In this document: positions 38,978 through 50,361 of the stretch, in pieces | Position numbering within the stretch: the stretch's first letter is position 1 | How the letters are laid out: every line of letters starts with the position of its first letter | Assembly: GCA_041746575.1 (NCBI GenBank) | Contig: JBGTGT010000113.1 | Coordinates: 1-64,000 of the forward strand | From: Microcystaceae cyanobacterium | GTDB lineage: Bacteria > Cyanobacteriota > Cyanobacteriia > Cyanobacteriales > Microcystaceae | Reading direction: 5' to 3' | Length of the DNA: 64,000 nt | The notes under the pieces: generated by a model | What the model saw: only the letters and a program-made list of their open reading frames with translations | What the model was told of the DNA's origin: nothing | The model's database searches: none | Made by a program: the position numbers and the translations under genes

Positions 38978-41491
38978 TTAATCCCCTTGACTCTGATCAA
39001 TAAAAGTCTGTACTTTTTGCCGATAATCTCGTAAGGATTGATCTACCCATTCGCGATCTTCACTATTAGCATAAATATGAACTAACGGTTCACCGCCATC
39101 AGGTAAGATTAAAACCCAATTATCATTTTTTGGATTCATAATTTTAACGCCATCGGTTAATCTTAATTGTTCGGGGGTATGAATTTCTAACATATAACGC
39201 ATCACCGCTCCTTTCACTTTCCACGGACAACGAATCGTACAGGATTTATGACAAACTTTGGGGAGTTCTGCGCGCAGTTGCACTAAAGATCGCCCTTGAA
39301 TCGTTAACATTTCTAATAACTTAGCAATACTAAACATGGCATCGAAGCCAGGGTGCAATTTAGGGAAAATAAAGCCGATTTCTCCACTTCCCCCTAGCAC
39401 TACATTGGGGTTATTTTGGGCGACCTCCATTAAAGCCGTTGGGTTCGCTTTGGTGCGAATAACACAGCTATCGTGGCGACGGGCAATCTGTTCAACCGCG
39501 CTAGACGCATGGACAGGAACTACCACCGTTCCCTTGGGATTTTCCGTGAGAATGACACTGACCATCAAAGCTGTCAACTGCTCCCCTCGCACGCTCAGCC
39601 CTCCTTCATCCACTAAAATAAACTGTTCTCCGTTGGCAGACACTTGTACGCCTAAATTGGCTTTCAAGACTTCCACCACTTGCCCCAGTTGCAACAAAAG
39701 CGTTTCTTTTTCGACAGGAGACACTGCCGATTGACGGAGACTGGCATTGAGAACAACGGCGTCACATTCAAATTTGGCAAGAATTTGCGGTAAAATTGCG
39801 CCTGAAACCCCATAAGCGTAATCAAGAACGATTTTTGTCTGACTGTTACTGATCGCGCTAATGTTCAATTGCGTTTCAAAGACCTTACGGTAAACCTCAA
39901 TGACCTGTGCGGGATAGGACATATCCCCGATGTTTTCTAGTCCCACCCGTCGTAAATCTTCTTTGAAATAAGCTCCTTCGATTTTTTTCTCGATCGATTT
40001 AGAGATATTAATCCCTTTTTCGTCAAAAAATTCAATTAAGATGTAATCTGGGCGGTCTGGATGCGCTCTGGCGTGGACTCCCCCAATGACCCCTAGACGA
40101 GGGGCAAGGGTGCGAGAAATGGGTAAGGCGGTCGCTTGGAGGTTCTGTATATTGACGCCCACCGACATTAAGCCGGCAATCAGGGAACGACTCACCATAC
40201 GAGAAACCCCGCGTTGGTCACGGGAAACAATGACTTGAGAACCGATTTTGAGGGTTGAACCGTAGGCTGCACCAAGTTTTACGGCAAATTCTGGGGTAAT
40301 ATCAATATTGGCTAATCCGGTGACCCCTCTCTGCCCAAAAAGATTACGGTGAGCCGTGTTTCCCCATATCAAATTAATATTAAGGATTGCCCCTGATTCA
40401 ATGCGCTTACTTGGCCAAACTCTGACATTCGGACTAATTTGCGCTTCTTCACCGACGGTAGAAAGGGGTCCAATAACAACCCCTTCTAAAACTTGAGCGC
40501 GACGGTCAACCCGAGTGCCTCTCGCAATGACACAGGCAGCTAAATAGGCTTCATCCCCAATTATCACCCCATTCCAAATAATCGGGCGTTTCAGGTCGGC
40601 ACCTGCTCCAATGGTGACATTGTCCCCAATCACCGTTCCCCCTTCAATAATGACCCCTGCCCCAATCCGACAGTTATCGCCAATAATGGTGGGGGATTCA
40701 ACGATGGCACTGGGATCAATATAGGTATTGTGACCAATCCATAGACCGGGCGACCGTTCAGGATAGGCAACATCGAGTTGCACTTTGCCGTATAAGGCAT
40801 CATATTGGGCTTCCCGATAAGCATCAAGGTGTCCTACATCGCACCAGTAACCCTCCGCAATAAAACCATACATCGGCTCTTCTTTTTCTAGTAATAAAGG
40901 AAAAAGATCCTTAGAAAAGTCACATTCTTCTGAGGAAGGTAGGTAGTCCAAAACGGACGGTTCGAGAATATAAATGCCCGTGTTGACGGTGTCAGAAAAA
41001 ATTTCACTGGCGGCAGGTTTTTCCAAAAAACGGCGAATTCTTTGGTCTTTGTCGGTAATGACGACCCCAAACTCAATAGGATTGGGGACACGGGTTAAAA
41101 CGAGGGTCGCCTTTGATTGTTTTTCGTGGTGAAAAGCGATCGCCGCTTGGAGGTTAAAGTCAGTAATACTATCACCACTGATTACGATAAAGGTATCCTT
41201 CAACCATTCTTCAATTTTCTTGACACAACCGGCGGTCCCCAATGGTTGTTCATCTTCTACTGAATAGCGGATACTTAGACCAAATTCTGAACCATCTTGG
41301 AAGTAATCCTTCATCGTATCGGGTAGATAATGCAGCGTTGCAATAACTTCGGTAATTTCGTTTTTTCTAAGAAGATTAATAATATGTTCAGCAATGGGAC
41401 GATTGAAAATGGGAACCATGGGTTTAGGAAGATCACACGTGAGGGGTCGTAAGCGAGTTCCTGAGCCACCTGCCATTAATACTGCCCGCAT
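38978..41491 (-). CDS. Mannose-1-phosphate guanylyltransferase fused to a phosphohexomutase-like domain
   Basis: MAGGSGTRLRPLT..LPKPM, hexapeptide repeats, LFGQRGVTG; the catalytic S-H-N serine motif of the mutase is not evident (RAHP). Confidence 0.9.
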   Translation of the reverse strand: MRAVLMAGGSGTRLRPLTCDLPKPMVPIFNRPIAEHIINLLRKNEITEVIATLHYLPDTMKDYFQDGSEFGLSIRYSVEDEQPLGTAGCVKKIEEWLKDTFIVISGDSITDFNLQAAIAFHHEKQSKATLVLTRVPNPIEFGVVITDKDQRIRRFLEKPAASEIFSDTVNTGIYILEPSVLDYLPSSEECDFSKDLFPLLLEKEEPMYGFIAEGYWCDVGHLDAYREAQYDALYGKVQLDVAYPERSPGLWIGHNTYIDPSAIVESPTIIGDNCRIGAGVIIEGGTVIGDNVTIGAGADLKRPIIWNGVIIGDEAYLAACVIARGTRVDRRAQVLEGVVIGPLSTVGEEAQISPNVRVWPSKRIESGAILNINLIWGNTAHRNLFGQRGVTGLANIDITPEFAVKLGAAYGSTLKIGSQVIVSRDQRGVSRMVSRSLIAGLMSVGVNIQNLQATALPISRTLAPRLGVIGGVHARAHPDRPDYILIEFFDEKGINISKSIEKKIEGAYFKEDLRRVGLENIGDMSYPAQVIEVYRKVFETQLNISAISNSQTKIVLDYAYGVSGAILPQILAKFECDAVVLNASLRQSAVSPVEKETLLLQLGQVVEVLKANLGVQVSANGEQFILVDEGGLSVRGEQLTALMVSVILTENPKGTVVVPVHASSAVEQIARRHDSCVIRTKANPTALMEVAQNNPNVVLGGSGEIGFIFPKLHPGFDAMFSIAKLLEMLTIQGRSLVQLRAELPKVCHKSCTIRCPWKVKGAVMRYMLEIHTPEQLRLTDGVKIMNPKNDNWVLILPDGGEPLVHIYANSEDREWVDQSLRDYRQKVQTFIDQSQGD

Positions 41492-42026
41492 TCTATCCTC
41501 CTTATGCTTTAATTTTGTTAAATTTTCCTTCGTTAATCATCTTTACTTGTCTTTGTTAGGAAGAAAATCATCACTTTATCTTAGCATTGACTTTTAAAGC
41601 CGGAAATTATAAAAAAAAATTATCTTTATCAAGATCAATAATATTTATTTTTAAAGATTGTCAGGAAATTCTGATTTTTAGTGACTCAACGATAGAATAA
41701 GGCTTTCAGACTTCATCTTCTCAACGAAATAATTAGGGTTTTCGCCTGCCGCTTGAAAAAACATTTCATTTTTATGATATAATACAAGTAAAATAGGGTT
41801 ATAGTGACTTTAAAAATTAAACAAAACGAAAAACCGTTACTGTACAAGGGTTTCGAAAAAAGCCCTCTTTTTTTTGTCAACAATTCTTAACTTTTGTAAT
41901 GATAATTTTTTCAAATATGCTTTTAAGTATTTAATCATTTAAAATCATACATTTATTTTTTGTATGACCGAACTTTCATTTAATCTAAATAATCTAAGTA
42001 ACTATAAAAATTTTCCGTAACTGCCT

Positions 42027-43154
42027 GTGACTACCATTCCCCCTGTTGACCTAGCCCGACAATACCAACATATCCGCCAAGAAGCAGACATAGCAGTGTT
42101 AGACGTTCTCCATTCTGGCCGCTACATTGGGGGTCAAGTGGTTAGCGATTTTGAGGAACAATTTGCCGCATATACAGGAGTTGACCATTGTTTAGCTTGT
42201 AATTCTGGAACAGACGCTCTTTATCTTGCGCTCAGAGCGTTAGAAATGGGGCAAGGGGATGAAGTAATAACCTCAACCTTTACCTTTATCGCCACTGCCG
42301 AGACGATTACCCTAGCAGGAGCAACCCCTGTTTTTATTGATATTGATTTAGAAACCTTCAATTTAGACCTCAATCAATTAGAAAAAGCCATCAATCCCCG
42401 TACTAAGGCGATTATGCCTGTCCACTTGTTTGGACAACCCGTTAATATGACTCAGGTGCAAGCCATTGCCGAGAAATATCACCTTTATATAATAGAAGAT
42501 TGCGCTCAAGCGACAGGAGCGACATGGCAAGGTAAAAAAGTCGGAAGTATCGGTCATATTGGCTGTTTTAGCTTCTTTCCAACGAAAAACTTAGGAACAT
42601 GCGGCGATGGAGGAGCAGTTACTACCGATGATCAAGCGATCGCAACAAAAATTCGCACGATTAAAGAACATGGTAGCCAAGTGCGTTACCGCCATGATGT
42701 AGTGGGCATTAATAGTCGTTTAGACGGCGTACAGGCGGCAATTTTGCAGGTTAAATTACGCTATCTAGACCAATGGAATGAACAAAGGGTCAAAATTGCC
42801 CATACTTACCAACGTTTACTAGAGCCGTTGCCTCACATAAGTTTACCTCAAGAAATCGTTGGGGGTGACCACGTGTGGAATCAATATACAATCTTGGTTA
42901 AAAATCAACACAGTCAAGATCATTCAACTAGAGATCAATTGCGAGAAAACTTACAGAAAAAAGGAATTATTTCGATGGTTTATTATCCCATTCCTTTACA
43001 TTTGCAACCTGTCTATCAAGGATTAGGTTACCCAAAAAGATGTTTTCCTAAAGCAGAAAAAGCCTGTTTTGAAGTATTATCTTTGCCGATGTTTCCCGAT
43101 TTAACCTTTGAAGAACAACAACAAGTGGCTTATGCTTTGAAAGAATTAATCTAA
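42027..43154 (+). CDS. DegT/DnrJ/EryC1/StrS aminotransferase
   Basis: NSGTDAL, IEDCAQA, FSFFPTKNLG and NSRLD motifs. Confidence 0.93.
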   Translation: MTTIPPVDLARQYQHIRQEADIAVLDVLHSGRYIGGQVVSDFEEQFAAYTGVDHCLACNSGTDALYLALRALEMGQGDEVITSTFTFIATAETITLAGATPVFIDIDLETFNLDLNQLEKAINPRTKAIMPVHLFGQPVNMTQVQAIAEKYHLYIIEDCAQATGATWQGKKVGSIGHIGCFSFFPTKNLGTCGDGGAVTTDDQAIATKIRTIKEHGSQVRYRHDVVGINSRLDGVQAAILQVKLRYLDQWNEQRVKIAHTYQRLLEPLPHISLPQEIVGGDHVWNQYTILVKNQHSQDHSTRDQLRENLQKKGIISMVYYPIPLHLQPVYQGLGYPKRCFPKAEKACFEVLSLPMFPDLTFEEQQQVAYALKELI

Positions 43155-43225
43155 GTTAACATCATGCCTAAAGGACGAGTCGAACAAAGACAAAGAAAAA
43201 TGATAAATACGTTGTATTGTAAAAT

Positions 43226-43882
43226 ATGACTCAAGAATATATCAATCAGATTGACTTAGATCTCTATAATCATTCTAACTGCGAAGAATTGGCAACTCAA
43301 GCGGTTAAAGGAAGGCATTTGAAGCTTTTATCCTCCTCTGTTAACGCCGCCCTTCAAATATGCCTATGTGAAGACCAATATCAGGCATGGTTACCGCAAC
43401 CTCAGTTAAGCTATCTTCAACCCACGAATCAAACGTATCAACCCGTTTCCTTCACTCGTTCACAAATTGAAGCGAAAATTCCCGAAATTATTGCTTTTAC
43501 TGAAGCGGCAAAGGCTGTTCCCAATCAATACTTATGGGGAGGCACGTTACCCCCCCATTATGACTGTTCGGGATTAATTCAGTCTGCCTTTGCCTCCGTT
43601 GGAATTTGGATTCCGAGAGATTCTTATCAACAGGAAGCATTTGTCCACAAAATCACACAAGAAGAGCTAGAAGACGGGGATTTGATTTTTTTTGGTAAAG
43701 AAAAAGTAGATCATGTTGCCCTGTATTTAGGACAAGGCCATTATATTCATAGTTCAGGCGCAAAAGAAGGACGTAATGGCATTGCGATCGATCCTTTATC
43801 CCCTCAAGGTGATCAGATTAGTCAGCATTATTACCGTAAATTGCGGAGTTTTGGCCGAGTAGTGCAGAGTTTTCGCCAATAA
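43226..43882 (+). CDS. NlpC/P60 (C40) peptidase
   Basis: YLWGG...YDCSG, IPRDSYQQ and HVALYLG...IHSS motifs. Confidence 0.9.
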   Translation: MTQEYINQIDLDLYNHSNCEELATQAVKGRHLKLLSSSVNAALQICLCEDQYQAWLPQPQLSYLQPTNQTYQPVSFTRSQIEAKIPEIIAFTEAAKAVPNQYLWGGTLPPHYDCSGLIQSAFASVGIWIPRDSYQQEAFVHKITQEELEDGDLIFFGKEKVDHVALYLGQGHYIHSSGAKEGRNGIAIDPLSPQGDQISQHYYRKLRSFGRVVQSFRQ

Positions 43883-43905
43883 TTTAAGATACCCGTTAAT
43901 CCTAC

Positions 43906-44463
43906 CTACTTCTTTTCAGAAGGGATAGAGGTTAAATTCAACAAGAATAAAGCGGCTCTTTGCGCCGTTGCCTCAGATAATCGGATTTGTTTAAGGGTAA
44001 CAAGACCATCTGTCCTAAAAGAATCTCGAACAAGGGCTTTTTCTCCCACATTAAAGCTTGTTTCGTAAAAAATAGTCTTAATTCCCGCCGATATGACCAA
44101 CTTTAAACAACTCAAACAAGGTTCGAGGGTGACATAAATACTTGCTCCTTGGGTACTAATACCATGTTTTGCCGCCTGTGCGATCGCATTTGCTTCTGCA
44201 TGAACAGCGCGAGACGGTAACTGACTTGAAGCGTCGCAACTACTCAATCCCGGATAACAAAACCCTTGTGCCGTACAATGAACCGATCCCGACGGTGACC
44301 CATTATAGCCTGTCGCCAACACTTGACGATCTTTAACAATGACTGCGCCAACCGGAAAAGCTAAACACGTCGAACGAGTGGCCGCCAGTTTTGCCATCAT
44401 CAAAAAATATTCATCCCAAGTTGGCCGTTGTTCTTCTAGATTCATTGAGGTATTCTTCAGCAT
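43906..44463 (-). CDS. dCMP deaminase (ComEB-like)
   Basis: RPTWDEYF, TGYNG, HAEANA and PCLSC motifs. Confidence 0.92.
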   Translation of the reverse strand: MLKNTSMNLEEQRPTWDEYFLMMAKLAATRSTCLAFPVGAVIVKDRQVLATGYNGSPSGSVHCTAQGFCYPGLSSCDASSQLPSRAVHAEANAIAQAAKHGISTQGASIYVTLEPCLSCLKLVISAGIKTIFYETSFNVGEKALVRDSFRTDGLVTLKQIRLSEATAQRAALFLLNLTSIPSEKK

Positions 44464-44466
44464 TAT

Positions 44467-44907
44467 TTAGACTTTTACCTCAATTCCCGTTGATCCAAAG
44501 CCTCCTGCACCCCGTTGGGTGTCCTCAAGCTGGATTACGTCTTGAATTTCCACCCGAATAATCGGACAGATTACCAATTGGGCAATTCTCATCCCCTTAT
44601 TGATTTTAAAGGTTTTTTGACCATGATTAATCAAGATCACGCCGATTTCTCCCCGATACCCTTCATCGATAGTGCCGGGGGTATTTAGCACCGTAATTTG
44701 ATATTTTAAAGCCAATCCACTGCGAGGACGAATTTGTGCCTCTGTTTGTGGGGGTAATTGAATAGCGATTCCCGTACGAATTAAGCGACTTTGGGCAGGT
44801 AAAAGCTCTTTATCTTCAATTGAGATCAAATCTAACCCAGAATCATCAGGATGCTCGTATTGAGGAATAACCGCATCGGGATTCAACTTGAGAATTTTGA
44901 GGTACAT
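44467..44907 (-). CDS. dut: dUTP diphosphatase
   Basis: GLDL, RPRSGLA, GTIDEGYRGE, RIAQL and RGAGGFGSTG motifs. Confidence 0.96.
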   Translation of the reverse strand: MYLKILKLNPDAVIPQYEHPDDSGLDLISIEDKELLPAQSRLIRTGIAIQLPPQTEAQIRPRSGLALKYQITVLNTPGTIDEGYRGEIGVILINHGQKTFKINKGMRIAQLVICPIIRVEIQDVIQLEDTQRGAGGFGSTGIEVKV

Positions 44908-44942
44908 TTTGAGTTTTAGATTTTAGATGATTATCCTACTGT

Positions 44943-45236
44943 TTACTGTAGTCTTGTGGCCATTGTCATTAGTCCCTGCTGTCCGAGTAATAATTCCCGT
45001 AACAAGGTAATCAAAGCAACCCAAAGAATCGGACTAATATCTACGCCGCCTAAAGGAGGAATCAGCTTACGCATCGGAATTAATAAGGGTTCTGTCGTAA
45101 TAATCACTAAATTGACAGGAAAACGCTGTAAATTAATCGGGGGATACCATGTCAAGACGATCCGAATAATCAAGAGAACTGTCATTAAGCTAAAGAGTAG
45201 CCCCAAAAAAAACATGGCCAAGGGAAGTAAGTTCAT
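44943..45236 (-). CDS. YggT/Ycf19 family membrane protein
   Basis: RIVLTWYP and TEPLL.P.RKLIPPLGGVDISP motifs. Confidence 0.9.
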   Translation of the reverse strand: MNLLPLAMFFLGLLFSLMTVLLIIRIVLTWYPPINLQRFPVNLVIITTEPLLIPMRKLIPPLGGVDISPILWVALITLLRELLLGQQGLMTMATRLQ

Positions 45237-45321
45237 CGAAAATTCAATTACAATTTGTTACAGAATCTAGATTTATTTTACTGTTATTGTGAATTTTGCG
45301 GGACAAGACGATGGGTTAACC

Positions 45322-45768
45322 ATGACCAAAGAAACTTTGATTGAAACCCCTCAGCAACAACCCTTATCAGAACAAATCCAAGGGTTAGGACTGAATCAGA
45401 TTCAACGCCATTTGTTTCTGTGCGCCGACCAAACTAAACCCAAGTGTTGTACGAAAGAGGAAGGGTTAGCGGCATGGGATTATTTAAAACGTCGTCTCAA
45501 AGAACTAGAATTAGATAAAGTCACAGAAGCTCACTCTCACCTTGTTTTTCGTACTAAAGCGAACTGTTTGCGTGTTTGTATAGCCGGCCCAATTTTGTTA
45601 GTGTATCCCGATGGCGTTTGGTATCGTCAAGCCACCGCCGAAGTCATTGAACGGATTTTGCAGGAACACCTTATGAAAAATCAAATCGTCGAGGACTACG
45701 CTTTCGTTAAAACGCCCTTACCGATAACTCTTAATTTTTCTCAAGCGTCGGAGAAATCAGCGCAATAA
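45322..45768 (+). CDS. Thioredoxin-like (2Fe-2S) ferredoxin
   Basis: HLFLCADQTKPKCC and KANCLRVC..GP...VYPDGVWY; start uncertain (45289-45322). Confidence 0.88.
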   Translation: MTKETLIETPQQQPLSEQIQGLGLNQIQRHLFLCADQTKPKCCTKEEGLAAWDYLKRRLKELELDKVTEAHSHLVFRTKANCLRVCIAGPILLVYPDGVWYRQATAEVIERILQEHLMKNQIVEDYAFVKTPLPITLNFSQASEKSAQ

Positions 45769-45937
45769 AGCTTAACTTTCCAAAAGGTTAGAACATCAAT
45801 AGAGTAAACTAACATAGTTATTAGAGAGCTAATCGCTGATTGACTGATGGGTGTTTCTGTTTCTCCTGAATCAAGAATATCGTCTTTTCTGTCTTCTACA
45901 AGAAATGACCCTGCTTAACTTTGTAATGTGATGTATT

Positions 45938-46567
45938 ATGAAAGATAAAGATAGCAAAAGTCTCCTTTTAGTGGATGATGACCCCAATTTAATTTTGTTG
46001 GTGAAGGATTATCTCATCTATCGAGGCTATGACGTTCGTACGGCTGATAATGGACGAGAAGCCCTAGAAATCCTCGAAAAACAAATCCCAGATTTGATCA
46101 TCTGCGATGTCATGATGCCAGAGATGGATGGTTATGCCCTCGTCGAAAAGGTTCGTCAAGATCCGCGAACGAATTGGATTCCCTTTATGTTCCTATCGGC
46201 GAAAGGACAGAGCCAAGATAAGATCAAAGGGCTTAATGCGGGGGCTTATGTCTATATGGTAAAACCCTTTGAACCCGAAGAACTCGTCGCTCAAGTTGAA
46301 TCCTTATTAAACGTAGTACAGAAAAGACCTTTACATACCGTAAGCGATGAAAGTCGGATTCATGTGCCAAGTTCCGTTGAATTAACCCCTACTGAACTCA
46401 AAGTGGTGCAATTAGTCGCTCAAGGGATGGCCAATCGTGAAATTGCAGAACGTTTAAACGTCAGTCAACGCACCATTGAAAGCCACGTCTCGAATATGCT
46501 CAATAAAACCAATTTGCATAATCGCACAGAACTGGCACGGTGGGCAATTGAAAGTAACCAAGCGTAA
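45938..46567 (+). CDS. NarL/LuxR-family response regulator
   Basis: LLVDDD, CDVMMP, KPF and LuxR HTH LTPTE...TIESHVSNML.K. Confidence 0.93.
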   Translation: MKDKDSKSLLLVDDDPNLILLVKDYLIYRGYDVRTADNGREALEILEKQIPDLIICDVMMPEMDGYALVEKVRQDPRTNWIPFMFLSAKGQSQDKIKGLNAGAYVYMVKPFEPEELVAQVESLLNVVQKRPLHTVSDESRIHVPSSVELTPTELKVVQLVAQGMANREIAERLNVSQRTIESHVSNMLNKTNLHNRTELARWAIESNQA

Positions 46568-46685
46568 AAATGGTTTTATGCCTTGAATGTCCTTTAACTA
46601 AGCACAATAAACTTTAAAAAGGAACTTTCATCCTGTTCTCGAAATTTGCTATGCTAGATCAGGCGATTTTAGAAAGCTTAGAAAT

Positions 46686-46758
46686 GCCTGTTTAGCTCAG
46701 TTGGTAGAGCGGCGCACTTGTAATGCGTAGGTCAGGAGTTCAAGTCTCCTAACAGGCT
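46686..46758 (+). tRNA. tRNA-Thr(UGU)
   Basis: GCCTGTTTAGCTCAGTTGGTAGAGCGGCGCACTTGTAATGCGTAGGTCAGGAGTTCAAGTCTCCTAACAGGCT cloverleaf. Confidence 0.96.
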
Positions 46759-46895
46759 TTGAGTTATCCCAACAAAACCCTCGTAGTTCGGCAAGTATTT
46801 TTCCGTAATTTTGTCTATTTCATGCTCAAATCAGCATTAATAGTTCGTTTACGGGTTAAAATATCGAAAAAGTTTTGTATTGGAGGCCATAGAGA

Positions 46896-47666
46896 ATGAG
46901 TGTCGTCCTAAAAGTTGGTGATCAATCCTTTGAAGAAAAAGACTTATACCCCCTTTTGGGAAAGTACCGCCTTTTACCCCAATTAGCCAAAGAAATTCTC
47001 CTCGATCAAGCGATCGCTGATGTGATTTGTTCTGCCGAAGAAGTGCAAGTCACCCGTCAACAACTCTATCAACATCTGCAAATTACCACCGATGCTCAAC
47101 GACAGGTCTGGTTAGAACAGAATGGGATGACGCAAGAACAGTTAGATGAATTAGCCATTCGGGAACTCAAAATTGATAAATTTAAAGAAGCGAAATGGCA
47201 TGACCAACTGAATAACTACTTCCATCAATGCAAAAAACAACTAGATCGGGTGGTTTATTCCCTCATCAGAACCAAAGATAGCGGAATTGCCCAAGAATTG
47301 TATTTTCGCATTCAAGAAGAAGAAGCGAAATTGGCAGACTTAGCGCGGGAATACTCCGAAGGAGCAGAAGCTCAAACCGGGGGATTAGTCGGTCCTGTTG
47401 AATTAAAAGCCCCCCATCCCCAAATTGCCCAATTGTTGTTCAATAGCCAACCCGGTCAACTCTTACCTCCTACCCGTATTGGAGAATGGTGGATTATTCT
47501 ACGCCTAGAAAAATATATTTCCGCAGAACTCGACGAACCCACCAGTAAACGGTTGCTAAATGACCTCTTTCAAGGGTGGTTAATGGGACAAATCCAGCAA
47601 TTTGTCTATTTTTCTCCCCAAACCCTTGCTTTACCCGAAGCCCCCCCTCTCAATCACCCTAACTAA
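46896..47666 (+). CDS. Parvulin-like peptidyl-prolyl isomerase (cyanobacterial type)
   Basis: LDRVVYSLIR...AQELYFRIQE, LAREYSEG.EA.TGGL.GP motifs. Confidence 0.85.
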   Translation: MSVVLKVGDQSFEEKDLYPLLGKYRLLPQLAKEILLDQAIADVICSAEEVQVTRQQLYQHLQITTDAQRQVWLEQNGMTQEQLDELAIRELKIDKFKEAKWHDQLNNYFHQCKKQLDRVVYSLIRTKDSGIAQELYFRIQEEEAKLADLAREYSEGAEAQTGGLVGPVELKAPHPQIAQLLFNSQPGQLLPPTRIGEWWIILRLEKYISAELDEPTSKRLLNDLFQGWLMGQIQQFVYFSPQTLALPEAPPLNHPN

Positions 47667-47684
47667 ATCTAAAAATATCGCAGT

Positions 47685-49265
47685 CTAGTGCAGAGAAATC
47701 CGTAAGTGAGTCGGTTTTCCGACATCCCCGCTTAAAATCACACCGCGATGATTGGCCGCTAAATGGCGCACAATCTTATAAACGGCTTCAATTTGAGTCG
47801 CTGCCCCAGCTCTTTCTGCTAATGTTTTTAAATCTAAGGGAGAATCAGCCGTTTTTAAGACCGACATAATCTGAGCTTGTAAGGTCAAAACAGAGGCGGC
47901 GGCCTTTTTTCCCGCTTCTACTCCAGGCTGATGATAAGCATTAATATTGACCAAAGCCGCATAAAAGCTCACTGCCCGCTCATAAAGGGCGATTAACGCC
48001 CCGACGATTCGAGGATTCACCGTTTTTATCGTAATCGTGATGGATTCTCGTCCATTTTCAAATAACGCCTGACGAGTTCCCTGAAGCAATCCTGCTAAAT
48101 AGTCTCCTGCCGTTACCCCCGATTCAACTTCCACCGATTCCCCTTGACGATCTTGTAATACTTCAATAAAAGTTACAAAAAAATTGGCAACCCCTTCTCG
48201 CAATTGCTGAACATAGGCGTGTTGATCAGTAGAACCTTTGTTCCCATAAACGGCGATCCCCTGATGAACGACTTTCCCATCAAGATCCGTTTCTTTACCC
48301 AGAGATTCCATGACTAACTGCTGAAGATAACGACTAAATAACAATAAACTATCTTTATAGGGCAAAATCACCATATCTTTTTCTCCCTTACCCTTACCAG
48401 CATAATACCAAGCCATCGCCAATAAAGCGGCAGGATTATTTTTGACGGCTTTAATTCGGGTTGACTCGTCCATTTCTTTTGCCCCCGCCAACATGGCATC
48501 GATGTCAATCCCTTGTAAAGCGGCAGGGAGTAAACCAACGGCGGATAGAACGGAAGTTCTTCCTCCCACCCAATCTTGCATAGGGAAGCGTATTAACCAA
48601 TTTTCTGCCACTTTATCCAATTGACTACCGGGCATGGTCACTGCCACCGCATATTTCTTAAAATCAAGTCCTTTTTTCTCATAGGCGGTTTTTACTTCGA
48701 TCATCCCGTTGCGGGTTTCGGGCGTGCCGCCTGACTTACTGGTGACAATGACTAGGGTACTTTGTAAATTACCCCCTAAACGGCTCACCCTGCGATCAAT
48801 GCCTGCTGGGTCGGTATTATCGATAAAAAGCACTTCTAAAGGCGGAAAATCAGGGGATAACGCTTCTGCAACAAATTGAGGACCGAGGGCCGAACCCCCG
48901 ATACCAATGGAAAGAACATGGGTAAATTTAGCGGCGGTGGGGGGTTTAATGATGCCATTGTGAACCTTACTGACAAAATCCTTAATTTTCGCTAAAGGTT
49001 CTTGGATTTCTTGTCTAATATCATCATTGGGGGCTAATTCGGGGGCGCGTAACCAATAATGTCCCACCATCCGATTTTCATCAGGATTAGCGATCGCGCC
49101 TGCTTCGAGATCGTCCATTAACTGAAAAGCATGGTCGAATTTGGGCTTAAGCATTTGAAAAAACGAATCATCAAAGCCCATACGGCTGATATCAAGATAT
49201 AAATCTAAATTGTTTTGATAGTAGAGCCAATCTTGATAACGTTGCCATAGCATTGCTGTGTCCAT
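47685..49265 (-). CDS. pgi: Glucose-6-phosphate isomerase
   Basis: [36 protein letters not shown] and [12 protein letters not shown] 49265 preferred. Confidence 0.96.
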   Translation of the reverse strand: MDTAMLWQRYQDWLYYQNNLDLYLDISRMGFDDSFFQMLKPKFDHAFQLMDDLEAGAIANPDENRMVGHYWLRAPELAPNDDIRQEIQEPLAKIKDFVSKVHNGIIKPPTAAKFTHVLSIGIGGSALGPQFVAEALSPDFPPLEVLFIDNTDPAGIDRRVSRLGGNLQSTLVIVTSKSGGTPETRNGMIEVKTAYEKKGLDFKKYAVAVTMPGSQLDKVAENWLIRFPMQDWVGGRTSVLSAVGLLPAALQGIDIDAMLAGAKEMDESTRIKAVKNNPAALLAMAWYYAGKGKGEKDMVILPYKDSLLLFSRYLQQLVMESLGKETDLDGKVVHQGIAVYGNKGSTDQHAYVQQLREGVANFFVTFIEVLQDRQGESVEVESGVTAGDYLAGLLQGTRQALFENGRESITITIKTVNPRIVGALIALYERAVSFYAALVNINAYHQPGVEAGKKAAASVLTLQAQIMSVLKTADSPLDLKTLAERAGAATQIEAVYKIVRHLAANHRGVILSGDVGKPTHLRISLH

Positions 49266-49416
49266 AATGAATTCAGTCCCCAAAATGAAAAAAACACAAG
49301 TAAAATTGAAGGGAGATCGATATTCTCTCACTTATTAACGCTTTATCCTAGCAAAATCCGAGCAATCAGGAGGCTTGAAAGTCGCTAGATGGGGCAGAAA
49401 AGGGAGATTTAAGGGG

Positions 49417-50292
49417 TTACTGTTCATCGATACGATAGGCGCGAATCATCGCCGGTGTCCCTTGTTCGTCTCCTCCCATGCTTTGTACCTGTTTAAATAG
49501 GGAATTTGCTAATTTTAAACCGGGTAAGTCTAAATCTCCCATACTTTCCTGAACTAAGCGTAAATCCTTAAGAATGTGTTTAATCATAAAGCCGGGGGCA
49601 AAATCAGACGTCGCAACTTTTTCCCCCAAATTCGCCAAAGCCCAAGAGCCGGCTGCCCCACTACCACAGACGTCTATCATGAGATTAGGATCAAGATTGA
49701 ACTGTTGCGCCAGTTGCATTGCTTCACATAAGGCCACCATGTGCAGAGAACAGAGGACTTGATTACAGAGCTTGACCGCTTGTCCGCTACCTTGTGAGCC
49801 ACAATAAACAATTTTCTTGCCCATTGCCCCTAATAAGGGTATAGCTTCTTCATAATCAGCTTTTTCGCCCCCCACCATGATGGTCAATGTGCCGTTTTGT
49901 GCGCCAATGTCTCCACCAGAGATAGGAGCATCTAGAAAGCGCAATTTTTTATCTTTCAAAGAATCGGCAATTTCGAGAACGGCTGAAGTTCCAATGGTAC
50001 TAAAATCAATGATTAAAGCACTAGGGTGCGCATGTTCTGCAATTCCGCCTTGACCCAAAATCACCCTTTTAACATCGTCAACATCACTGACGCAAGTACA
50101 AATAAGGGCAGTATCCTCCTTAATAGCTTCAGCAATAGAAGGGGCGAGATTGACGCCATTTTCGGCGGCTTGTTGTACCAGTGGACGGTTTGAGGTACGA
50201 TTCCAAGCTGAAACGGGGTAACCTGCTTTAACGAGGTTTTGCGCCATAGGACTCCCCATTACGCCTAATCCGATAAAAGCAACATTTTTCAT
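49417..50292 (-). CDS. Beta-hydroxyacid dehydrogenase (3-hydroxyisobutyrate / tartronate semialdehyde reductase family)
   Basis: FIGLGVMGSPMA, LDAPISGG, K.CNQ and F.IKHILKDL motifs. Confidence 0.9.
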   Translation of the reverse strand: MKNVAFIGLGVMGSPMAQNLVKAGYPVSAWNRTSNRPLVQQAAENGVNLAPSIAEAIKEDTALICTCVSDVDDVKRVILGQGGIAEHAHPSALIIDFSTIGTSAVLEIADSLKDKKLRFLDAPISGGDIGAQNGTLTIMVGGEKADYEEAIPLLGAMGKKIVYCGSQGSGQAVKLCNQVLCSLHMVALCEAMQLAQQFNLDPNLMIDVCGSGAAGSWALANLGEKVATSDFAPGFMIKHILKDLRLVQESMGDLDLPGLKLANSLFKQVQSMGGDEQGTPAMIRAYRIDEQ

Positions 50293-50361
50293 GCTGATTT
50301 CTCCCTTTAAATTCATCATTTATCAAGATAACAGGGAAAGATGCTATGAAGTCCAGACTTA

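Noticed and set aside
49417..50292. Beta-hydroxyacid dehydrogenase as a member of the EF-hand cluster (glyoxylate assimilation from purines)
   Set aside because: It is co-directional and close, but this family is common in cyanobacterial core genomes and its substrate cannot be inferred from sequence.
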